Position numbers and translations under genes: made by a program. 64,000 nt of DNA, from NCBI GenBank assembly GCA_039588295.1, contig JBDHAB010000001.1, forward strand, positions 288,001 to 352,000, written 5' to 3'. Below, one piece after another: positions 58,271 to 64,000 of this stretch. The DNA is from Gemmatimonadota bacterium (GTDB lineage Bacteria; Gemmatimonadota; Gemmatimonadetes; Gemmatimonadales; GWC2-71-9). Below the pieces are notes generated by a model, which saw only the letters and a program-made list of their open reading frames with translations, had not been told where the DNA came from and did no database searches. Position 1 is the stretch's first letter; each line of letters begins with the position of its first letter.

Positions 58271-60784
58271 TTATCGCGCCCCGTTCTTGGTCGACCGGGC
58301 GTGGCGGATTCGAGCGGCGGGGAACGGGGCACGTTCGTTCCGGGTCACCGCCAAGGCCTGGAGCACGTCCGAGAAGACACCAGCCGCAGTCACCGTCGGG
58401 CCCGCCCCGGGGCCGCGGATGACCAGGGGGCCGTCTCGATAACGCTCGCTGTGGATGACGAAGACGTTGTCCGTTCCGCCGAGCGTGGCGCGAACGTCTT
58501 GCGGATCCAGGTCCAGGAACCCGACGGAGGCCCGTTCGCCATCCCAGGTCGCCACGTAACCCAACACGCGGCCGATGTGGGCGGCGTGGTGTTGTCTATC
58601 CCTGTATAGGGGGTCGAGCTCGGCTGTCCGATCCCAGAACTCCTCGATCGACGTCGTCGCCAACGAGGAGTCGAGCAGCATGGGCTCAACGACGACCTGC
58701 TCGGGCTCGAGGGACGCGCCGGCCACCCGGGCGAGAATGACAAGTTTCCTCATGACGTCGGCACCCGAGAGATCCTCGCGCGGGTCGGGCTCCGTGTAGC
58801 CTCGCTCATGGGCTTCACGGAGCGCGTCACTGAAACGCGTTCCCATGCGCAGCTGATCGAGGAGGAAGGCAATCGTGCCGGAGAAGACCCCGCTCACCGT
58901 CCGGATACGATCGCCCGTCTCACGCAGGCTCCGAATCGCTCCGAGGACCGGCAACCCCGCGCCCACCGTCGTCTCATAGAGCAGGGGCGCGCCCCGTCGG
59001 CGGCTGGCCAGCTCCAGGTCCTGAAAGCGACGGAACGACCCCGCCAACGGTTTCTTGTTCGCGGTAACCACTGGTACCCCGGCCTCGAGCAGGGGCTCGT
59101 AATGCTCGGCAACCGTCTCGCTGGCCGTACAGTCTACCAGGACGCGCCGGTCCGGGTGCGCGATCACGTGCGCGACGAACGCGGCCAGGTCCGACCGCTG
59201 ACGCCGGAGCTGACCGGGCGGCCTGTCGGCCGGGGGGGGACCGGTGGTGTCATCGTCGCGCAGGGTCATTTCCCGCGTGTTGCACCGGCCTCCGATCGCC
59301 ACTCCCCCGTTCCCTGCGTCCAGGCTGCGGCCGCACTCCTCGATTTGTTCCTGAAGGGCGGCCCCGACCCGACCCGTCCCCACGAGATACACCAGCGCCT
59401 CACTCCCCTTCGATCCGAAGAACGCATCGTGCACGGCATTCAATACCGTGGCCTCGTCGCGCCGATCGATCACGAACGAGATGTTGAGTTCAGACGAACC
59501 CTGGGCGATGGCGTGCACGTTGATCCCGCGGCTCCCCAGCACATCGAACACGCGCCCGGCTACCCCCGGCTGATCGCGCATCCCCTCACCCACGGCGGCA
59601 ATGACCGAGTGGTCGGCTTCGACGACCAGGTCGTCGATCAATCCGACCTCCCGTTCGAGCGCGAACTCTTCATGAATGGCCGCGCGCGCCTTGGGCACGG
59701 CGCTGGGAATCACCGCAAAACAAATCGAGTGTTCACTCGAGCCTTGGCTGATCAGGATCACACTGATGTGTTGAGCGGCGAGCGCACCGAAGAGCCGGCC
59801 GGCGATGCCCGGGACGCCGACCATCCCGTCACCCTCGAGGCGCAGCAGCGCCACGTCATGAATCGACGAGATCCCACGCACCGGATTGGCGCCCGTCTCC
59901 AGTCGATCAACGATAGTTGTGCCCTCGAACTCGGGAGCCAGGGTGTTGCGAATCACCAGCGGTATGCCGCGAGCGCGGGCGGGATGGACCGTGAAAGGAA
60001 AGACGACCTTCGCACCGAAGTGTGACAGCTCCATCAACTCGTCGTAGCTCAACGTCTTCAACGAGAAGGCATCGGCGACGAGCCGTGGGTCGGCGCTCAT
60101 GACGCCGGGGACGTCGGTCCAGATCTCGATGGAGTCCGCCCCCAGCGCGGCACCGAGCAGCGCTGCTGTGTAATCCGACCCGCCGCGCCCCAGGGTCGTG
60201 GTCTCGCCGTCGGCCGTTGCCGCGATGAACCCGGTGACGACCTGCAACGCGTCGTGGCCCGCAAAGTGATCGCAAATGCGGCGTTCAGTTTCTTTCGATT
60301 GCACGTGCGCACCCCCGAACGTCCCGTCGGTGACGATGACCTGACGGGCATCGAGGACGCGCGCCGCGACACCGTCGCGCCGCAACGCCGCGGCGACGAC
60401 GAGCGCGGACAGCCGCTCGCCATGGCTGAGGATGACATCTCGCGTTCGGAGACTGCACTCTCGGATCAACGACACGCCGTGCAACAGATCGTTCAGCGCC
60501 ACGAGGGTGGTTTCGGCGTGTTCTCGCAACGGGCCGCGCTCCGGCTCCGTGGCCAGTTGGTCGATGGCTTCGAGATGCCGTCGGGCGACAGACTCGTCGA
60601 GCACCTGGCGGCCCCGGGCGCTCTCGTCGGCCGCGTGTGACAAAGCGTCGGTTACTCCACCGAACGCTGACACTACCACCGCCGCCGGCCCCGCCTCGCA
60701 CGCCGCGTGTACGATGTCCACCACCCGCGTGATTCGTTCCGGCGTTTCCAGCGACGATCCACCGAATTTGAGGATCTTCATCAA
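58271..60784 (-). CDS. thrA: Bifunctional aspartokinase / homoserine dehydrogenase
   Basis: KFGGSS, TLGRGGSDY, two ACT domains (QGSSE), GTGRVG, TANKK, ETTVGAGLP and GYTEPDPREDL. Confidence 0.95.
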   Translation of the reverse strand: MMKILKFGGSSLETPERITRVVDIVHAACEAGPAAVVVSAFGGVTDALSHAADESARGRQVLDESVARRHLEAIDQLATEPERGPLREHAETTLVALNDLLHGVSLIRECSLRTRDVILSHGERLSALVVAAALRRDGVAARVLDARQVIVTDGTFGGAHVQSKETERRICDHFAGHDALQVVTGFIAATADGETTTLGRGGSDYTAALLGAALGADSIEIWTDVPGVMSADPRLVADAFSLKTLSYDELMELSHFGAKVVFPFTVHPARARGIPLVIRNTLAPEFEGTTIVDRLETGANPVRGISSIHDVALLRLEGDGMVGVPGIAGRLFGALAAQHISVILISQGSSEHSICFAVIPSAVPKARAAIHEEFALEREVGLIDDLVVEADHSVIAAVGEGMRDQPGVAGRVFDVLGSRGINVHAIAQGSSELNISFVIDRRDEATVLNAVHDAFFGSKGSEALVYLVGTGRVGAALQEQIEECGRSLDAGNGGVAIGGRCNTREMTLRDDDTTGPPPADRPPGQLRRQRSDLAAFVAHVIAHPDRRVLVDCTASETVAEHYEPLLEAGVPVVTANKKPLAGSFRRFQDLELASRRRGAPLLYETTVGAGLPVLGAIRSLRETGDRIRTVSGVFSGTIAFLLDQLRMGTRFSDALREAHERGYTEPDPREDLSGADVMRKLVILARVAGASLEPEQVVVEPMLLDSSLATTSIEEFWDRTAELDPLYRDRQHHAAHIGRVLGYVATWDGERASVGFLDLDPQDVRATLGGTDNVFVIHSERYRDGPLVIRGPGAGPTVTAAGVFSDVLQALAVTRNERAPFPAARIRHARSTKNGAR

Positions 60785-60942
60785 CGTCGAGAACTGGACC
60801 GGTGGGTGCCGGGGCCCACAGGGAATGGTGGGCTGCCGGTTCTATCCACGATCCAGTCGCCCTCCAGAACGGCCTCGAATCGATCGCTGGGAGCACATGC
60901 CAGGAAGAGCAGACGGGCCGCTGTCATGAGCACTTGCAGCAT
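60781..60942 (-). pseudogene. Possible N-terminal remnant of an exported amidohydrolase / deacylase
   Basis: LLFLACAPSDRFEAVLEGDWIVDRTGSPPF resembles a lipobox plus the degenerate G..IVDGTG.PPF amidohydrolase start. It terminates at a TGA overlapping the thrA ATG. Confidence 0.4.
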
Positions 60943-60944
60943 GG

Positions 60945-62402
60945 CTATCGCGTCTCCAGGAGTTCGCTCGGCCGGTGCATCACGCCGCGGAGTACGACCT
61001 GATCGATCTCGCGGACGTGCTCGATGTTCTCGATCGGGTTGGCGTTGAGAATCACGAAATCCGCGGCACTCCCCTCGCGCAAGACTCCAACCGAATCGAC
61101 CCCGATCAGTCGAGCGGCGTTGCGGGTCGCAGTGAGGATCGCGTCTTGCGGCGTGAGGCCCGCACGGACCAGCAGCGCCATCTCGTCGTGGAGGCTCGCG
61201 CCGGGTGGGAGCAGCTGGTTGGGGGCGTCGGTGCCCGCAGCGACGAGGCCGCCGAGTCGGTGGTACATACGGACAAAACGGTCCTGGTAGGGTCTGGCGC
61301 GCCGCAAGTCCCGGAAGTCTGTCACGGTCAGGCCGGCGCGCCGCACGAGATCGGGCACGTTCCACGCATCGAGTACGCTGTCCGGAACCCCGGCGAGGTC
61401 GAGCCGGTCGACGTATGAGGCGTCCGTGAGGCGGCTATACGCTTCATGGAGAGCAAGCGTGGGCACGATTGTCACACCGTGCTCGATCAGCGTACGGGCG
61501 GTGTGGTCGAGGTTGGCGGAATCCAACCGCGTCCACGTTCGCTCGGTGAGATTCCAGCCGGGAAAGAAGCGATCGTGGGCGTAGAGATACCGGCCCGGGT
61601 TGGCGGCGGTCGCCTCGACAATGCCGGTGAGGTGCTCGATTGCGTGGATCCCCATCCGCGCGGCTGTTACCGCGCTCACTCTGCCGAGGTGGCCGGTTAC
61701 CGGCACATTGAGCGTCGTCGCCTCCTCCAGCAACGCCTGGAGCAGTCGTGCATCGATCTTCGTGTACACTTTCGCGTGGGTCACGTCGAGCAGCGTGAGA
61801 CGATCGATGGCCTCTCTCGCCTCGGCAGGAGTGGTCACCTCTATGGCATTCGGATACGTGGCAGGACTGCCGTCGATCATGGCGCCTGCGACGTACATCC
61901 TCGGTCCGAGAATCGAGCCCAGGGTGGCTGCGTCGCGCAGGGTGATGATGCTGTCAAGGGTACCGCCCACGTCCCGGATGCTCGTCACCCCGTAGGCAAG
62001 GAATCGAGTCAGTGTCCAGCGTTCGGCATGTGTGTGGGAATCAATCAAGCCGGGGATGATCCACTTGCCGTCGAGCCGTACCTCGGTGGCGCCCCAAGGA
62101 ATCGACACGTCGCGCATCGGCCCGATCGCCTCGATCCGTCCGCGGCGCACAACGATCGCGGCGTCCGCTAAGAGCGGCTCGCCGGTTCCGTCGAATACCG
62201 TGGCGCCAACGAAGGCGGTTGCCTTGCCACCGGGGCTGCAGGAGACGACCCAGGAGACTACCAGTGGAAGGAGGGCGAACGCGCAAACAGTACGGGTGAG
62301 GAGCGAGGGAAGACCGGGACCGCGCTCGCCAGAACAACCCCACTTCGCTGGTCCCGCTGCCCCATGCCTCTTGCTAGTCGGGGTCCCTCGATGTGTGGTC
62401 AT
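60945..62402 (-). CDS. Exported amidohydrolase family protein
   Basis: VFDGTG, IPGLIDSHTH, GVTSIRD, AGTDA, TATRNAA and ADFVIL.NP. The start is uncertain. Confidence 0.85.
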   Translation of the reverse strand: MTTHRGTPTSKRHGAAGPAKWGCSGERGPGLPSLLTRTVCAFALLPLVVSWVVSCSPGGKATAFVGATVFDGTGEPLLADAAIVVRRGRIEAIGPMRDVSIPWGATEVRLDGKWIIPGLIDSHTHAERWTLTRFLAYGVTSIRDVGGTLDSIITLRDAATLGSILGPRMYVAGAMIDGSPATYPNAIEVTTPAEAREAIDRLTLLDVTHAKVYTKIDARLLQALLEEATTLNVPVTGHLGRVSAVTAARMGIHAIEHLTGIVEATAANPGRYLYAHDRFFPGWNLTERTWTRLDSANLDHTARTLIEHGVTIVPTLALHEAYSRLTDASYVDRLDLAGVPDSVLDAWNVPDLVRRAGLTVTDFRDLRRARPYQDRFVRMYHRLGGLVAAGTDAPNQLLPPGASLHDEMALLVRAGLTPQDAILTATRNAARLIGVDSVGVLREGSAADFVILNANPIENIEHVREIDQVVLRGVMHRPSELLETR

Positions 62403-62889
62403 GCATGATCTTCCAGTCACCCTCCACCTCCCGCAGTACCAGCGTGAATGGCCCACTAGCGGTGACGGAATCCCCTCGGAACAGCACGAAGCGGGCGGTT
62501 GCGAGAACGTGCTCGGGCCCCAGCCAACGTGCGGCAACCGATTGAAACTGGAGCGAATCGCGCGCGGCACCCCGCTCGAAAGCTGGGGCGTAGTTGCCGC
62601 GGATCCACGTGAAGCCCGAGCGGACCCGCCCCCCAGAAACAAATGTCGTTGTCGAATCCCGGGCGTAGTCGGACACGAACCTCTCGAGATCACCGGCGTT
62701 CCATGCGGCTGCCGACTCGGTGAGTAGGGCCGTTACGACAGCTGTCGGATCGGTCTCCTCGGGGTCCGACTCCCTCTGTGGTACAGGGGTGCACCCGATG
62801 ATGAAGGCCAGGACTGCACAAGCGAATGCGCGCGCTCCTGACGGGAGCGCGCGCACTCCCCACGTCCGATGTGCTCGATGGACCGGCAA
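62374..62889 (-). CDS. NTF2/SnoaL-like (DUF4440) lipoprotein
   Basis: Lipobox IIGC; AAWNAGDLERF...FTLVL....WKIMHDHTS. Confidence 0.82.
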   Translation of the reverse strand: MPVHRAHRTWGVRALPSGARAFACAVLAFIIGCTPVPQRESDPEETDPTAVVTALLTESAAAWNAGDLERFVSDYARDSTTTFVSGGRVRSGFTWIRGNYAPAFERGAARDSLQFQSVAARWLGPEHVLATARFVLFRGDSVTASGPFTLVLREVEGDWKIMHDHTSRDPD

Positions 62890-62907
62890 GGTCGCCCGTG
62901 TGGTTCC

Positions 62908-63336
62908 CTACCGCCGCTTCTTGGCTCGGCGTGCGGTCTTCTTCTTGCGACGCGTGGTCTTCTTCTTCGCGGGGCGTCGCGCCTTCTTCCTCACCGTCTT
63001 CTTCTTGGCTTTCTTCTTGACGGTCTTCTTCTTGGCCTTCTTCCTCGTCGTCTTCTTCTTAGCCTTCTTCCTGGTGGCCTTCTTCGTGGCTTTCTTCTTG
63101 ACGGTCTTCTTCTTCGCGGGCTTCTTGCGCGCCTTCACTTGCTTCGGCTGCACCGCTGGCGTTGGCTGGGCCGCCGCCGCCGGTTCTTCTTCCGGGGGCG
63201 TGTCGGACTCCGGCCTCGACCAGATGAACTGTTCTTCCGGTTTTGATGGCGGCTTGACCGGAGGGGTGAGAGGCATCGGATCCCACATGCCGGGACCGCC
63301 CAGTCCGGAGTCGTTGTGGTCGAAGGACGTGGTCAT
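62908..63336 (-). CDS. Lysine-rich histone-H1-like protein
   Basis: GGAGG RBS; acidic/Pro-rich N-half and a basic C-half built from AKKKT(V/T)(K/R)KK repeats. Confidence 0.75.
   Translation of the reverse strand: MTTSFDHNDSGLGGPGMWDPMPLTPPVKPPSKPEEQFIWSRPESDTPPEEEPAAAAQPTPAVQPKQVKARKKPAKKKTVKKKATKKATRKKAKKKTTRKKAKKKTVKKKAKKKTVRKKARRPAKKKTTRRKKKTARRAKKRR
62911..63135. repeat. Degenerate ~27-bp coding tandem repeat
   Basis: Recurrent GGTCTTCTTCTT / GCCTTCTTC units encoding the AKKKTxKKK repeats. Confidence 0.75.
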
Positions 63337-63457
63337 TGGAGCCCTCCATCTGAGTGGTTCGTCGTGCCCCTTATAGTTTTTCTATGCGAACCGAGGATGG
63401 CAAGTCATGCGGGGGTCGACCGGGGTTCGCGATGCCGCATTTTGTGACCCATCCGGC

Positions 63458-63487
63458 TTGACACCGTTCCACCGTAACTCCTAGGTT
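63458..63487 (+). promoter_or_regulatory. Sigma70-type promoter
   Basis: TTGACA (63458-63463), 18-bp spacer, TAGGTT. Confidence 0.5.
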
Positions 63488-63546
63488 CGCTCCATATCTT
63501 TCGTTAGATTATAGACTTACGCCAATCAGCGGGGTTGGTGGCGCTT

Positions 63547-64000
63547 ATGCATCGACAGATCGCGGCAGTCAGCACCACCGTGGTGTTCCTGCTTGGGATA
63601 GCCGTCCAGTCGGCCGTCGCCCAGCGGGTGAGCGAGCTCGACGTCATTCCTGCGTCCGTGTCGCTTGCGTCTGGCGAGCGGAAGGAAGTCCTGGCGGTGG
63701 CGTACGGGAGCCGCGGGGACGTGCTGACCGAAGTGGCGTTCAACTGGTCCGAGTCCGATCCGGCTGTCGTGCGCGTCGATATCGACCCACGTGCGCCACC
63801 GGGAGTGGCATACTTGGTTGGCATCGGGCCAGGGCGAGCCACCGTGACCATCCGGGTGGGGAACCAGCGTAAGGCTGTGTCGGTGCAGGTCACCGGGGCC
63901 CCGGTAGCGGGGGCGGGTGGGACCGGCGTTGCGACCATTCTGCGGATCGAGCCGTCGGAGGTGTACCTGTTCCCGCTCGAAGATCTGCAGCTCCGACCGG
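63547..64000 (+). CDS. Secreted Ig-like (Big_2) domain protein, partial
   Basis: Open frame to the window end: signal peptide ending AVA-Q, VIPASVSL..GE, FNWSESDPAVVRV and GPGRATVTI. Confidence 0.75.
   Translation, partial: MHRQIAAVSTTVVFLLGIAVQSAVAQRVSELDVIPASVSLASGERKEVLAVAYGSRGDVLTEVAFNWSESDPAVVRVDIDPRAPPGVAYLVGIGPGRATVTIRVGNQRKAVSVQVTGAPVAGAGGTGVATILRIEPSEVYLFPLEDLQLRP

Noticed and set aside
62908..63135. Repeats as a CRISPR array
   Set aside because: They are degenerate in-frame coding repeats with no unique spacers and no cas genes.

Overview
High-GC bacterial chromosomal segment. The gene types are most consistent with Gemmatimonadota (inference only). No rRNA, tRNA, CRISPR array, transposase or integrase was recognised. 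(1) About 0.2-17 kb is a metal and low-oxygen respiration island. It holds a membrane-anchored DtxR/MntR-FeoA fusion and feoB behind a DtxR-type operator, a Cyc2-like monoheme cytochrome-porin with two monoheme c-cytochromes, a DosS-like GAF kinase plus an OmpR-type pair, two ZIP transporters, a complete ba3-type oxidase (including an unannotated 46-aa subunit IIa), CBS and USP proteins, and a candidate structured ncRNA with its own terminator. (2) About 17-30 kb is a signalling cluster: a 13-PAS+GAF kinase, a NarL regulator, a hybrid kinase and a REC-HD-GYP protein. (3) About 30-36 kb is a DUF3179/TlpA envelope redox module. (4) The rest is metabolic and housekeeping genes: an EF-G2 paralogue, an uncharacterised ATP-grasp x2/GNAT/KamA operon, thyA-folA, squalene synthase, dCMP deaminase, an atypical RNase HI, a UGA-recoded selenoprotein SelD with SECIS, asd, thrA and a histone-H1-like protein. 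The strongest leads are the putative O2-regulated Fe(II)-oxidation chain, the beta-lysine/ATP-grasp operon, the orphan ncRNA and two apparent CUG start codons overlapping upstream stop codons.
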